This document shows positions 47,630 through 61,607 of a stretch of DNA of 64,000 nucleotides, piece by piece; position 1 is the stretch's first letter, and every line of letters begins with the position of its first letter. The DNA lies in NCBI RefSeq assembly GCF_000143415.4, contig NW_003314277.1:614642-678641 (forward strand), in the 5' to 3' direction. Source of the stretch: Selaginella moellendorffii (Eukaryota > Plantae > Lycopodiophyta). The notes beneath the pieces were generated by a model that made no database searches, was not told the origin of the DNA, and was given only the letters and a program-made list of their open reading frames with translations. Both the position numbers and the translations under genes were made by a program.

Positions 47630-48862
47630 CAATACTTTTGTACTTTATTTACTTAAGAGTGACAAAAACTAAACGTTTTGGTGTTGATCCTCTTTTAAGA
47701 TCCTGCTGCATGAGACTTGCGCCACAGTAGACCAGCAGCTCAGAAGAACGATGATCACAACAATGGCGATGCGCTCTCCATGTGATGGTTTATGTCGAGC
47801 TCCCTCTGGTGATTATCAGTATCGAGGCTGGGTGCTTGTGCTGGAATGTAAACAGTAAACTGGGAGCAACAAACGAACAAAAACAAAACTATTACCTGTT
47901 CTGGTTTATGTCAAGCTCTCGCCGATCGATGGAGGAATTCTTTCTTCTGTTTGTACCTATTCTCAATCTGCGAATTTCTTTTTGTCTATTGATCCCGAAT
48001 CGACTCGCCACTAGCGTTGATTGGTCGCTGTTGCTTTCAGCAGATAAAATGCTACTACCATCTTCGTCTTCCTTCCTGAGAGATTTGTAAAAATGAGAGA
48101 GTGAGTGAGTGGCGGTTGAAGTCAGCTTAATAACAAAGTGAGTGGTGTGTACGAGCCAAAGTGATGATTCATCCAGAAAAACCAGCGGAGCGAGAGTATA
48201 AATACCTTTGTGATTGATTGATCAATCCATCCATTGGTCACTTCCTTTAGCAAGATCACAAGCGATCACCACCTATAAGCAGTATAAAAACAATGGAGGA
48301 ATTCTTTCTCCTGCTTTTCTGTTTGTACCTGTTCTCAATCCAGCGCTGCAGTGACATTATGGACCAGCTATAGCGAAACTATCCATGGTCCTTCTCAAAA
48401 TGCCTCTTGTTTCAGATCCATTCTAGATCCCTGGCAAGTGACACATCAGCTTGTGGCTGTCCACTTACAAGAATAGAACAAAAATGAAATTGAAATGCAG
48501 AGCCTACATGCAATCGCCCAAGGATCTAAAAATACCTGGTATTCCCAGCAATTAAAGTCGCTCCTCCTCTCATGCTTCACTACCTCCACAGCTCCCTGCT
48601 CCATGAGAAATAGCATACCCTAGATTGATCCAGCAACGCTCCACCGTAATCTTCAGAATCCATGCCTCTTCTCTGTCTGCCGTTCTTGTCCTAGCTTTCT
48701 TGGCCAACACCAGTGCCGCTGCCCTGGCAAGCTTCATGGCCTTGGATGCCACCGATCCACACAGGGACACCATAGCCACGAGGAAAAAAAGACGCGCAAA
48801 ACCCCAAAACTCTAAAATGCTATGTTAAATAAGTGTAACTTTAAAATACAAAGTTTGCAATT

Positions 48863-49745
48863 CTACTTCTCCTTTGTCACCATTGATTCCACAAAAGGCT
48901 GCCTCAGCAATTGAAGTTCCTCATACATCATGTGTGTTCCTTGCAACATCATTGCAACTCTCCTATCTGCAGCAGCAATTGAAGCTTGGTGGCGTTGATC
49001 ATCAGTTGCCTCCATTTTTTCCATCATTTGTATGTTGCTATCTCGAAGTTCTTGCATCATTGCTTTCCTTTGCTCGTCACTTCACTCAAGAAGACCATCA
49101 GATCCCTTTAGAGTGCACTTGCGTTTTTTCCTTGTAGCAATTGAAACTTTCTTCCCACCGACTTGTACTTTTGGAATGTCCTCGTTAGCATCTCTAGGAT
49201 CTTGTGTCTCAAATATAACATCTGGATCTGGATTTGCAGTTGCATTTGTCTCTGGAAAAAAGAAAAACATAAGTCAATCAAAAAATCTAAATGAACTTAC
49301 CATAGCCTGGTGACTCATTTGCAATTGTAGAACCCATAGATGTATCAACTCGGTGGCTACCTAGAACATTAGCTATCGACCATGTCATCCACAATGACAT
49401 CTCATTGTAGAGGCCTTCATCGAATGCACGAGGAAGCTTTACATCCTTCTTCATCCTTGTAGTAAACTCACCACTAAAGTAGGATGGTTTCTCTGATGAG
49501 ATGTTATTCTCGTAATCACTAATCTGCCTCCACTATTTTGCAAGCTCATCCCATTGTAACTCACATTGCTTTTGTGTGCGACAAAATCCCTGTGAACGTA
49601 AGATGTCAGAAATGCATTGCCACTTCTTTGGTCCTTTCATTGATTTTCTACGGCCACCGCCTTCTTGATCCTTCTCCTTTTCCATCCTCTTTGCATACTA
49701 AAGAGCCATGTTTTCATCAGTAGACCATTTTCCTTTTTGTTCATC
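48863..49745 (-). pseudogene. Harbinger-associated Myb/SANT (trihelix-like) protein
   Basis: KWSTDENMAL...KWQCISDILRSQGFCRTQKQCELQWDEL...KLPRAFD; convergent with the transposase, as typical for PIF/Harbinger. Confidence 0.75.
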
Positions 49746-50804
49746 ATTCAAAGTTGATTCATTTTGGGAAAACAAGTTGTGAAATCAAAAAATAAACACA
49801 AATAATATTTATTGTACCTCTGGAATACTTGTTGCTCTATCAAAAGAGCTAGTTCCTGGAGGAGGTAGTGATAATAAAGTTGTGAAAGAGGAATTTTCAA
49901 TTCCCCCACCATGAAATCCTTGCTGTTGCAAAAATGCATTCAAAACAAAGTAAGAAAACAATTGGAAAAAAATACCTGGCTCGATGAATTGAAGTTAGCT
50001 TGCATTATAGGGATACTTGGAACAAATCCAATCATCGGGTTGAATGTAGGAATGCCAGATTAAAAACCATTGCAAAATTTTACTAAACAAAAGAAAAAAA
50101 CAAAAGAGAAAATAAAAAGTACCTGGATCATAGTTGCATTTGGCATAGATCCCATGCTAGCACTAAAAGAAGAGCCCTTTCCTCCCTGGACATTAAGAAA
50201 AACAAGCAAAATTTCATACTTACATAAGTTTGAGCTATTGATGAACTAGAATAAAAGCCAAATTGCAACCATGGATGAGGTGAGGGTGAGCAATTCTCCA
50301 TTTCTTACAAACTTTTTTCTCAAATCACTGCAAAAATCCCCCCTAAAACCCTCCAAGAACTCACACGCTAACTCAACTATGTGTGGAACAAGATGGAGCT
50401 TGAGGACACTCGTGAATTACCTTTAATGCTAGAGGGCATGTTCTATGGTGGTCTAATATGGATATTACTGGATAGTGGGAATGATGAAAACTTTGTTTTG
50501 GCAAAGTTTGTTATAGAGCATGGCCTGATGACATAAAAAGTTCTTCCATACAAGGTGGAAGGTGTAATTACCTCTACTCAATATTTCAATGCTTGTGTGA
50601 AGGGGTTATAAGTGCTGATTAGCAAAACCACACTTGTAAAGATTTTTTATCTCATGGATATCCATTGTATAAATCTCATTTTTATGATACCATGGTTGAT
50701 AAAGGTGGATCTAGAGATAAAGGGAAGTATTAAATGTGTTTCATAGTGTTAAAAATGTATGGTTTAGAAAGGGAGTTCAACTTCCAATTGTTATGCTTTT
50801 TGCT

Positions 50805-50950
50805 ACTACAGATCCATGATCAATCTATTCAGCTGCACGAGGAGTTGGTGCGCAATATGCCGATTGAGCCCGCAATCACAAGTGATGCTACTGTTGGGAT
50901 CTTGCCAGATCCATGGCGATGCATCTGGGGAGGCAGAGCAAGCGATTATA
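50805..50950 (+). pseudogene. PPR E-domain fragment similar to 17520-17695
   Basis: YRSMINLF...EELVRNMPIEP...LLGSCQIHG; nucleotide similarity to 17520-17695. Confidence 0.7.
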
Positions 50951-51166
50951 GAAAGTGCTTCAGACCAGCCACAGTATATAAATAAGCTTGTGATTAAAAA
51001 ATATTAGTTTTACAAAAATAGATTAAGATAAACACCCCATTAAAAAAGCACAAAACAAACAATATTCTTAAAGAAAGAATATACCTTTTATCCCTTGCCC
51101 TAGGAGGGCATTCTATTCTTTATATCAATTTTCCGCTCTGCTTTCTAGGTTTTGGGCGACAGCGAG

Positions 51167-52795
51167 ATGGGCGAAGAGCTCGGTATGGTTTAGGCGCGAC
51201 GAATCATCTCTAACAAGTTCTGTGTGTCAGATCCTCTTCTCGCTGCCTACGGCCGGGAGGTAAAGCATGCCAGGCTCCAGGACCGCTGCCTCCACATCCC
51301 GTCTGGGTTCTTGGGCCATTACAACCTGTCCAAGCTCTGGGTCCATCCAAACTACCTTTTCATGGATCAGTTCATTGCGGAGAAGTGGAGCAGGGTCGTG
51401 AATGAGAGGAAAGGGTTGAAGAACTTCCACATTGTCTCAACGCCAGGTATCGGCAAGACGTTCTATGGCCACTACTTCTTTCACAGTAGAGCTCAGGAAG
51501 GACAGAAAGTAGTTTGGAGGACGAAAGATGACAATCCAGACTTCTTTTTCTTCGACTTCTCGCTGGATGACCCTCTAGTGCTGCAATCGAAATGGTATAC
51601 ACGACCGCGGGGATGGGACATGACGAGTGTCTGGCTCATCGTCGACGGGGGCTCGAGGGGAATAAGTCACCTGGGGCCTCTCATCCAATGCGTCTCACCG
51701 GATCGCACTGGCTACTACGAGTTCTCCAAGGACCATGGCTATATATGCCGCCTGGAAGCCTGGTCGCTCGAGGAGGTGCAGCAGTGCAACGAGGAGCTTG
51801 AGCTGGGAATGACAGACGAGGAAATTGGTCTCCGCTTTTACCACTGTGGTGGGCTACCAAGGCTTCTCTTCAACACGGAGAAGTTCTCGTTGGCCGGGCT
51901 CAAAGCGGAGGTGCACCAAGCAGCGTCAAGGGTGGAATGCTGGCGGAAAGTGCTTGACTGCGCAATGAACTCGGACAAGGTCTCTAATGTTTCTGATATT
52001 CTGCTCCACTACCGTCTTACGACTGACAGATTCGACTTGAACACACCTGCGTGTTACCGGGTGCTGCACGCTCACTTGGTGTTTGGCTCGGACTACATCC
52101 AGAAGTTGGCTTTTGAAAAGTTCGAGGAGCAGGGGTTTCAGGCTTCGCGTGACTTCTTTGACTTTTGCCAGGGACATGCGGTTGCAAACTCTTTGGCGGG
52201 CAAAATGTACGAGAAGCACGTCCACAAGGTACTTGCTAGTGGAGGTTCCCAGTTTGACCTTCGGTCCTTGGAAGAGGAAGACGACGGCGTTGAACGCTTC
52301 GTTCTGAGGCCAACGTCAGTGAAGCGGCTGCGCGAGTGGAAAGTGTTCGTAAAGAAGCGCTGCGTGGGGTCTGGTTTCAACATATACTCCAAGGACGTGA
52401 GTCCTGTGGACGCTCATCGTGCGGGGACGGAGGAATCACGGGGCCTTGCAGGCTTACCTGACAGTTGCTTTGTGGAGCCTTATGCGTCAAACCAGAAATC
52501 TTTCGATTCGCTGGTCACTCCGGACATAATTCTCCAGGTTACAACGTCGGACACGCATCCGGTCTATTGGTCCAAGATCCACGAGGTCGCTCAGGGGTTG
52601 GATGAGTTGCATGATGAGCTCGAGCTCATGCGTCCCAACAAGTACAAACTCATCTTCGTTGTTCCAGAGTCTAGTTTTGAGGGATACACGTACCAGGGCT
52701 TCAAGAAAGACGATGGATCAATGTATCAGAGAGCTGTTGCCGGGATGGACAGGGTCCATCAGTATGTGATGACGGTTCCATGGACGTCGTCGTGA
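51167..52795 (+). CDS. Crinkler/RHS-like P-loop NTPase + REase protein, ~526 aa
   Basis: Exon 1 51167-51182, 48-nt intron 51183-51230 (branch ctctaac), exon 2 in frame. Walker A STPGIGKT, Walker B WLIVDG, VSP, W.LEE, GGLPR, GKMYE, P...NQKSFDS, LQVT, LIFVVP, QYV. Confidence 0.85.
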
Positions 52796-53829
52796 TTTTC
52801 AGCATGGAAGTCTTGTAAAAAATATGAAAAAAATATAAAGTTGGTAGTTAAGTCTTTACGACAAACTCTAGCACATGGTGTCCCAGCCGGTCACTCTTCT
52901 TATTACATTCACTAAACGAAACCATGGTCGAGCATTGTGATTCATCCAAAGTGTGATTAACACCACTGAAATGTATCAATCCAGCTCCCTAATTTTCAAC
53001 TCGAAACTATTGTTGCAAATGATTAAATCCATGCTTTCAACCTCCTAATATCACAGGAATTTTTTTCAATGTTAGAGTTGCTTCCCAAGTTTAACCATTG
53101 TTGTGTGCAAATAACAAGAGTTTATATGTTGAAATCAAACAATGTAAAGAAAGTTATGTCAAGGAGCCACCAATAGCAGGCTGGATCAACTGGTTACTCA
53201 AGCTTCACAATCACACCAAGAAACAGGATACAGGGAAAGCAGTCCACCTCCAGATGATCACCTGCAGCTACCACTGCAATTGCTACCTTTGCAACCTTCC
53301 CATCCAGATATATGGCTATTGAGGAGCTCCTTTCTATTATCAAGTTCTTAGAAAGGAACTTGATAATAGGCTTTATAAGAATTAAGAGAAAAGACTTATA
53401 ATCTCTTGCATTTGTGTAAGTTGCATATTTATTATGTTGTGGCCAAATGCAAGATGCATATCTATTATGTTGTGGCATGTTAGGAATCCCCATGAATTTG
53501 TGAAACAAGCAATCCAATTCAAACTTCTCAATTAAATCCCTCTTTCATGCAATCTGGTAAATTATTTTCATCAAGGTTATCATACATTAGTGCTCTTGAG
53601 AGTTCACTATCACCATATATATAGTGGTGCGTTCCTCTCTTTCCATTTCTTCTCAACAGTAATATTATTTTCAGATTTGGTATAAGTCTTGATGGCTCTT
53701 TTTTGCAAGGTTATTCAGCCTGCTCTCAATGCAAAAAATTAGACAACTGCTGTGCTCTCTAGAGACCCGCAGAAAGAAAATCTCTCAAAAAAGAAAGAAA
53801 AAAAGTATGACTCCATCTCTTGCTTAAAT

Positions 53830-54080
53830 GCTCAACTCTCTACCCCATCTTCTCAGTTTTGATGTCTCATTGGAAGGCATTTGACCCCATGCCATCAAGT
53901 GTAGAGAGATCCTTGAAGTGACACCACTAGCAAACCTCAAACAACTCCAAAGTTTCCTTGGCCAAACTGGATCCTTTTGATAGTTCATACCAAATTTCAT
54001 TGCTCTCACTCGTCCATTGGTAGCTCTGCTCAAACATGACACACTATGAGTGGACTGCAAAATAGCAATAGGTGTTTGCA
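53830..54080 (+). mobile_element. Gypsy RT C-terminal fragment
   Basis: LKQLQSFLGQTG...FIPNFIALTRPL. Confidence 0.7.
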
Positions 54081-54086
54081 ATTGTC

Positions 54087-57000
54087 TGTCAAACCCTAGG
54101 GGGCTCCAAAAGTAAGGGAAGACTTTAGTGGAACTAATTTGGCCAGAAAATGCTAGTGTGACTAAGGAAGGTTATACTCACATGGTGGGTGATGATATAA
54201 TTATTGAGGAGTCCAAGGTTAGAGTGAACATGGATAAACAAGTGGGGTAATTTTATAAAGTGTTCATGAGCCAGATCTAGCTCCTTTAGGAGATCGAATG
54301 GTCAATGCTCTCAATCCAAGTGTGGGTAACATTATTGTTAAGCGCCAGTTTTGACCACATGGTTGACGTCAGTCAAAAGGAGGCTCAAGGGTATATTAAA
54401 GCATGTTAGGGTAAGGAACTTAACTTACCCTAAGGCTCACAATGGAGTGGTGGCATAGTGGAGCTTTTGAGGTAACTTGAGGGTGGTTGGGTGGTGAGGA
54501 ATCTTAAGAGGAGGCATAGCGTAGTCTAGGAAAACTAGATCTTTGTCTTTTTGTGCTAGATTATAATATTGGTATTAGAGAGTTGGTTGCGATGGCCAAC
54601 CAAATTGAATGTTGGAATCTTATTGTCAATGGTGGTGCCGAAGATGGTGCTAACGGAACTGTAGAGGTTTAGATTATTCAAGATGTTATTCATGAGCTGT
54701 GAGCCCTTAACCAAAATCAGCAAAAGATGCAAGATGAGATGCATAGCATGATGGATACCATGTGTGAGTGTGTTGAGGTATTTGAGGTTGGATGTGGTAG
54801 CTCTCCAAGTAAGTCTTCCTTAGTAGATCAACTCAAGATTCCAACCTTTTCTGGTGATGGTGGTGTGGACGAGTGTCTATCTTGGCTAGCCAATGTGAAG
54901 AAGTTCTTGCTACTAAAGGAACTCTAGATGTAGAGACTTTAGTGGTTATTTCAATGGTTTTGTGTGATGTAGGTATTTGATTGTGGAATTTGCTTAAGGA
55001 GTCTTATATTGCAAATAAGAAACCACTAGTGTCTACCATGGATGTATTTGAGGCTCCTTTCATTTATGTTTTGCCCCTCATTATGATGTGAAGAATGCTC
55101 ACATAGAACTTCAACATTTTCAGCAAGGGAAAATGACACTCAAGAACTATATTGAGAAGCTTACTCGCTTGATTAACCATGTTTCAACAAAGGATCTAGA
55201 TCAGAATAAACCCTACTTTATTAATGGCCTTCATAGTGAAAGTATGCAACAACATTGTGTCATTCTTAGCCTACAAAGAGTTTGGAAGAGTTTTTTGATG
55301 TGGCTCGTCGACTTAACAATGACAAGCACAAATCTCACAAATGTTTGAGGATTCCTTCTATCAAGAATTGTCGTGATGATCACTGTGGATGCAAGGATGG
55401 AAACAAGTATCACAAAATTGAAATCTGTGGTGGCTACTTCATATGCAAAGGGGTCAAAGAAGTAGAAGTTCTTTATGAAGAATTATAGACAGGGTTGTCA
55501 TTATTGCAGTGAGCTTAAACACTACAAGGTTGATTGTCTACAGTTGTAGTAGCAGGGCAAAAAGAATGGCTAATCTTCTACTGATGGTAAGTTAGATATT
55601 AAAAGTTGCAAACTTTGCAACGTGAGGATGACGGGGACAACCATTCTAGTCAGAGGAAGAGGTTTTCGATTGTTGCCTTCCAACTCAATTGTGTGTGGAA
55701 CAAGATGGAGCTTGAGAGCACTTGTGAATCAACTTTAATGCTGGATATTCCATGGTGGTCTAGTGTGGATTTTATTAGATAGCAGGAACAATGACCACTT
55801 TCTTTTGGCAAATTTTGTTGTGGAGTATAGTCTGGTCTTCCATATGTGGTGGAAGGTGTAGCTACCTTTTCTTAACATTTCGATGCTTGTGCAGAGGGGT
55901 TGGAAGTGTTGGTTAGCAAAACCACATTTGTGGAGACTTTTTATCTCACGGATATCCATCGTGTGGATCTCATTCTTGGGATGCCATGGTTAGTGAAGGT
56001 GGATCCAAAGATAAAGTGGAGTATTAAGTGTGTCTTATTGGAGTATAATGGCATTAAAGATGTGTGGTTTCAAGAGGGAGTTCAACCTTTAGTTGTTATG
56101 CTTTCTAATACATCTTTAAAGTGGGTTTGTTATAATGGAAAAACATTTTCGAGTTATTTGCTATTTGTTTATGACATGGGGGACTAAGGCATGTGTGTGG
56201 GAGAAATAGCAATATGGGATGTACTTGACGAGTTTTCTGATGTTTTTCCATCTGAACTTCCTCATGGGTTGCCTTCATTATGAGGTGTGGAGCATGGGAT
56301 TACATTGGAGCCAAGGATGTGGCCAATTTACTAGTGTCCATTTTGGTTAAGTTATGCGGAGGAGCAAGAAGTTCAATGACAAGTCAAGGAGTTACTTGAG
56401 TTTAGATTTATTCAACCAAGTAAATCTTCGTTTGGTGCTTTGGTTTTACTTATGAAGAGAAGGATGATTCAATGCAAATGTGTATTAATTATTGTGCCTT
56501 GAACAAAAGTACAATAAAGGATAAAATGCCGATACCGCATGTGAATGATATCTTTGACAAGTTTGGTGAAGCACGAGTGCTTACCAAGATTGATATAAGG
56601 AGTGGATATTATCAGATTGCAATGAATGATGTATCTATCTCCAAAACAGCATTTAACACAAGCTTCAGACATTTTGAGTTTATAGTTATGCCGTTTGATT
56701 TAATGAATGCACCAGCCACATTTACTCGGTTGATGATGGAGGTATTTAGGTGTTATCTTCATGAGTTTGTGGAAATTTTCTTGGACGATATTCTTTTTTT
56801 CAGCAAAAATATGAAGGAATATAAGGTGTAGTTGCACAAGGTTCTTTTGTTACTCCATAACAGCAAACTTTATTTGTGAAAATCAAATGTGGTGGTAGAT
56901 GCTTTATCTCATGTTTATCATGTGACGGCGTTATGAACATGGTTTTGTCATCATTTGAGTAAGGTGGTCAATGAGTTTGGGCAGTTGGTTGAGCATGCTC

Positions 57001-57110
57001 AAGCTTAGGATGCTGAGGTGGCCTCTTTGTGAGACCAAATGGAAGCACCTTTTTTATTGGTGGATGGGATTCTTGTTATGATTTAGTGCGAAAAGACAAG
57101 GTTTAATCTT
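54087..57110 (+). mobile_element. Degenerate chromovirus-type Gypsy element
   Basis: Partial LTR; PBS tggtattagag 54570-54580; gag (KIPTFSG); protease (DLILGMPWL); RT 56472-56831 (LTKIDIRSGYYQI, FLDDILFFS). Protease region duplicated at ~50375-50800; inverted fragments at ~57113-57640. Confidence 0.85.
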
Positions 57111-57655
57111 CCTAGACTATGCTATGCTTCTTCTTGAGATTCCTCACCACCCAACCACCCTCGAGCTACCTCAAAAGCTCCATTATGCTGCTGCTTCATT
57201 GTGAGCCCTATGGTAGGTTAAGTTCCTTACCCTAACATGCCTTAATATACCCTTGAGCCTCTCTTTGACCAACATTGACCACATGGTCAAAATTGGCACC
57301 TAACAATACTTCCCCACCCCCTTCCGCCCCACTAATGAACTTTGAATCTCAATCACTAATAATGTCCTTTGGCAAACCAAAATTAAGAAAAACCTTCTCC
57401 AAGTAAACCACAACAAAGTTTGAGGTAGTAATAGTCTTCCAAAGAGCCACTAGTAAAAAAGGTGCTTCTATTTGGTCTCACAAAGAGGCCATCTTAGTAT
57501 CCTAATCCTAAGCATGCTCAACCAACTACCCAAACTTGCTAACCATCTTACTCAAATGATAAGAAAACCATATTCGTAATGCCATCACATGACAAACATA
57601 AGATAAAGCATTTGCCACCATATTTGATTTTCCCAAACGATGTTCTATAGGAAAC

Positions 57656-58217
57656 TGTAAGCTCCTAAGTTTGGACTTCTCAGGAGGTCACCCAACCCAG
57701 TACTATTCACACCCAAGGACGCTTAACCCTAAATATCCTAAGACCCTTAACCGGCCCTTTCCCTCTATATTTGAACCCCATGGATCATCTCTCAAGTCAT
57801 TCTCTTTGGTTATTTAAAATCCACCACGCTTCCCTGTAAGTTCACGCCCTCATGAACGGAAGCTGAGAGCCGCAACTCTCCCGAGAGCCCTGCTCTCTTG
57901 ACACCCTACCCCTTAAGTCGAGCCCAATGGGAGCAAATTGGACCAGTTAGATGTCAATCAATATATGGTGTGATTCCCCTAGCCAACCAACAGAGTTGAA
58001 CCCAAGACCGCTCTGATACCAAATGTAAGCTTTTGAGTTTGGACTTCCCAGGAGGTCACCTAGCCTAGTACTATTCAAATCCAAGGACACTTAACCCCAA
58101 ATATCTCAAAACCTTTAACCGATTGGAAAAGAGGTGCACTCTTGTTTATGGGCCCTTTCCCTTTATATTTGAACCCTAAAGAATCGTTTCTCAAATCGTT
58201 TTCTTTGGTTGCTTATA
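57656..58217 (-). mobile_element. Cassandra-type TRIM with 5S rRNA-derived LTRs
   Basis: LTRs 57656-~57817 and 58024-58217; minus strand GTTAAGCGTCCTTGGGTGTGAATAGTACTGGGTTGGGTGACCTCCTGAGAAGTCC matches the 5S A-box/IE/C-box region; PBS 58010-58021; TSD GAAAC on both sides; inserted in a Gypsy RNase H remnant. Confidence 0.9.
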
Positions 58218-58822
58218 GAAACTCCCCAAACTCCATAAGCTTGACCATCCAATGAGCTCACCTAGTGTTCCTCTTGCATGAGAACTCCTCCCAATGCCTA
58301 ACCACTCGCATCACATGTTGCCTCGTAAGGTTTTGATAGATCAGCAATGTGAAGTACTGAACAACCATTTCAACACCACAAAACTGAGGCTGGGTAGTTT
58401 TTGAGCTGAGCTCAAGTCAATGAAAGTCAATATAGTCCACCAAATACAAAATTTGATGTTTAAATGATTGGTTTGGGACGAATAACAATTATATTCAAAA
58501 CTTAAGACATATTTTCAGTCCAAGAAAAAGATAAATAATATAAGTCCAATAAGAAAATAAATATCATAAGTCAAAGAAGAAACTCTATATTACCACTAAA
58601 AAATTTGACTAAAAAAAAAACTAAACTTAGTCTTCCTCAACATCCACATCCATAAAAGGAGGAGTCTATATACTATTATACTCTTTAACTGTGGGCTCTT
58701 GTTGTATATGAGCTTGTGCCATTGCTTCTGCATAACATGGCAAATTATAACTTACATCATCGATCCACCTAATATACACAACTATGATAGCGTTACTATA
58801 ATGAGAAATTTATACTTTATTA

Positions 58823-59530
58823 TCACCTGTTATGAAATGTCCCAAGAACACCTTCAAATAAACTCTCCTTCTCTAGTGCAAAAACTGCATGGCCAGTCTT
58901 TTTAGCCGCTAGCACCATCGAACCAAAATCTACTGTAGCATCAAGCATAATCCCCTTAGGAGGACAAAACAACTCTAAAAGGATTTGCATGGCCTTTGGT
59001 GAATGGTGTCGATAGTTAGGGAACTCTATATGATGGTCTTTGTTGATGACATTTAGGATGATATCTGTTGAGCTATCATATCCTAGCAATGCCAAACTTG
59101 CACGCTCATCAGCTCATATAATACTGTGACGGCAAGAATAGCAACAGAGAGTATGGTAATTCCATGCTAAAACCTACAATGAAAAGAGGCAATCAATTTA
59201 TGATATGAAAAATAAGGAAACGCAAACCTTTTGGATTCGGCCATTTGCTCCTTTTGTTTTGACTGGGATGTTTGAGAGTAGGCAGCCTAATGCAAACTCA
59301 ACAAATCTCGAGTCATCATTCTCCATCATCATTGCAAAAAGACCTCTCCAAAATAAAGAATAGGGAAGAATGACTAGCATAATGCCGTCATATCACAACA
59401 CCTTGGATGCCACATCCACCGCTTAAGAAATATGGTCTGGCTGAAGGATGTTCCAAGATAGAGTGTCGCCTTATAAAGGTGGTAATGCATTAGGCAAGTT
59501 GAAGAATGCAAGGTTGATGCTGAAGGTATT
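58823..59530 (-). pseudogene. N6-adenine/N4-cytosine DNA methyltransferase-like pseudogene (beta-type motif order)
   Basis: SINLAFFNLPN..SW..AVDVASKVL*YDGIMLVIL (motif IV region), followed after an intron by HSPKAMQILLELFCPPKGIMLDATVDFGSMVLAAKKTGHAVFALEKE (motif X/I region). Confidence 0.6.
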
Positions 59531-59909
59531 GTTCATTTCCAATCTTTGCATCCATCTATGGAACATAAAAGACTCTAGGCTCACGTCGTTGGAAAGCTGA
59601 AATTAATCCCCAATAACTATTTCCACATTGCCAACACTTCCCGTAGGAGAAAGGGGGTGAACCTGAATAATGTTCAAAATTAGGAAATATTAAAGTTAAT
59701 ACATGTTTTTTTTCATACTTGTTTATGTGAAGCCGATGAAGATAACTCTTGGAAGTCATCCTCTATAGCAGTAGGGAGGGGTGGAAAGAATGCATTTGCG
59801 CACCAGCATATAGAGTGCTGGCTAGTTTCTCCAACATCTACAACCAAATTACAATAAGCAAGGTCATTGGAAATTAAGTTTTTATTCTTTGAATGTTCTC
59901 ACTATAGAG

Positions 59910-61029
59910 TGTAAAAGACTAAATTTTCCATTCTACTTTAGTCACTTAACCACACCTCCGACCACTTGGAGGAGTCTCACTCACAACCTCTATAAGTCCT
60001 ATTTCAGACTTGGGCTTGCTAGCCCCGAGAATGGCATCCCCGCCATTCAACCTTTGCACTTGGTCTAAGTGCTCCACGTGTTCGATCCCATGACCGACAC
60101 CCCAAGATACCATCGGCATATCAGCTTGTTACGCTAAGGCCATGCCCCTTCACCTTGGTCACACCGGTGGTCTCACATCACCTGCCTCACATACCCGTCT
60201 CTCAAGGACTGGGCCATCCGTCCATGCGTGATCATCCCAGATCCACTCCTTATGATGCCCACAGACATGGGGATTAGCCTTCCCCAATATCCCTTTTCCA
60301 GTCCCCATCAAGTCCCTTTCTGTCCTTGGCCGTGTTCGTCAACACTGCCATTGGATCAAGGCCCACAGGCCCGACCACTAAGTCCCACGGTCCTCTGGGA
60401 CTTCCTCCTCACATGACCATATCCTTGGTCTCTACACTAGAGGACGGCTCCTCTTTCTTTTCACAGTCTGGGACTTTGGGGCAACATTTCGGAACACCGT
60501 GGCCTTATGCGAGCCTCATGGGTACTCTCCCTGCCTTCCGCCTTTGGGTGCTCTAGCCATGGGCTTAGAGCGAGGTTCCATTGAGCCACACCTAGTATCT
60601 AAGTAGGTAGTGCCACCCACACTTGGACTGGGAGCATCGGCCAATTGATCTCCCAGGGGAATTAGAGCCGGCTCTTGAACACTTCACCAAGCTACCCCAC
60701 TTGTCGGTCCGTGTTCACTCTAGTCTTGGACTTCCCAGTGGGCAACTCATCACCCAACACTAGGTACAGCCTTTCTGGGCCAAACTAGCCTTTCCTGGCC
60801 AAACTAGCTCCACTGCAGTCCTCCCCCTACTATACTTTTGGAGCTCACCAAACCCCCCAGGGTCTGGGAGACGAACGCTTTGGGCTTTCACCCTCTCAGA
60901 CTCGAACTTGGACTCGGACTCGGACTCAGACTTGGACTCGGACTCGGGCTTGGGCTCGGGCTTGGGCTCGGTCTCGGCCTCGGTCTCAGCCTTGGCCTCG
61001 GTCTCAGCCTCGGTCTCGGTCTCGGTCTT

Positions 61030-61063
<34 letters not shown>

Positions 61064-61607
61064 CCAGTCTCGGTCTTGATCTCGACTTTGGACTCCATCT
61101 CGGGTCCTTCTTAGACTCCATCTCGGATTCCATCTCGGGTCCATCTCAGACTCCGTCTCGGTCCATCTCGGACTCCATCTCGGACTCCATCTCGGGTCCA
61201 TCTCGGACTCCATCTCGGACTCCATCTCGGGTCCATCTCGGACTCCATCTCGGGTCCATCTTGGACTCCATCTCGGACTCCATCTCGGGTCCATCTCAGA
61301 CTCCATCTCGGACTCCATCTCGGGTCCATCTCGGACTCCATCTCGGACTCCATCTCGGGTCCATCTTGGACTCCATCTCAGACTCCATCTTGGGTCCATC
61401 TTGGACTCCATCTCGAACTCCATCTCAGGTCCCTTTTCTAGAGACTCTCTTATGGCTTGCTTCATGCTCGTTCCTTGAGCACTCCGTTGGGAGTTCAAGT
61501 CGGAGCTTTTAGTCCAAACGTGTTACGCTTGTTTGACTTTCGCTTCAGCCACTACCATGTGGTGCCCTTTCGGCTCCACTTTGGGGCTTAGGGATTTGTG
61601 TCTCACA
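59910..61607 (-). mobile_element. Solo LTR (1698 bp) with hexamer array
   Basis: TGT...ACA ends; TSD TAGAG/TGGAG; the empty site is visible in the paralogous copy near 32670; GGACTC/GGTCTC/CCATCT arrays at 60900-61430. Confidence 0.9.

Noticed and set aside
53874-53896. aaggcatttgaccccatgccat, lookalike of the 22-bp palindrome outside the TIRs
   Set aside because: Left arm is poor and it lies in Gypsy RT coding sequence; probably chance.
57670-57730. 5S rRNA gene
   Set aside because: Only the internal ~60-nt promoter segment is present, duplicated inside TRIM LTRs.
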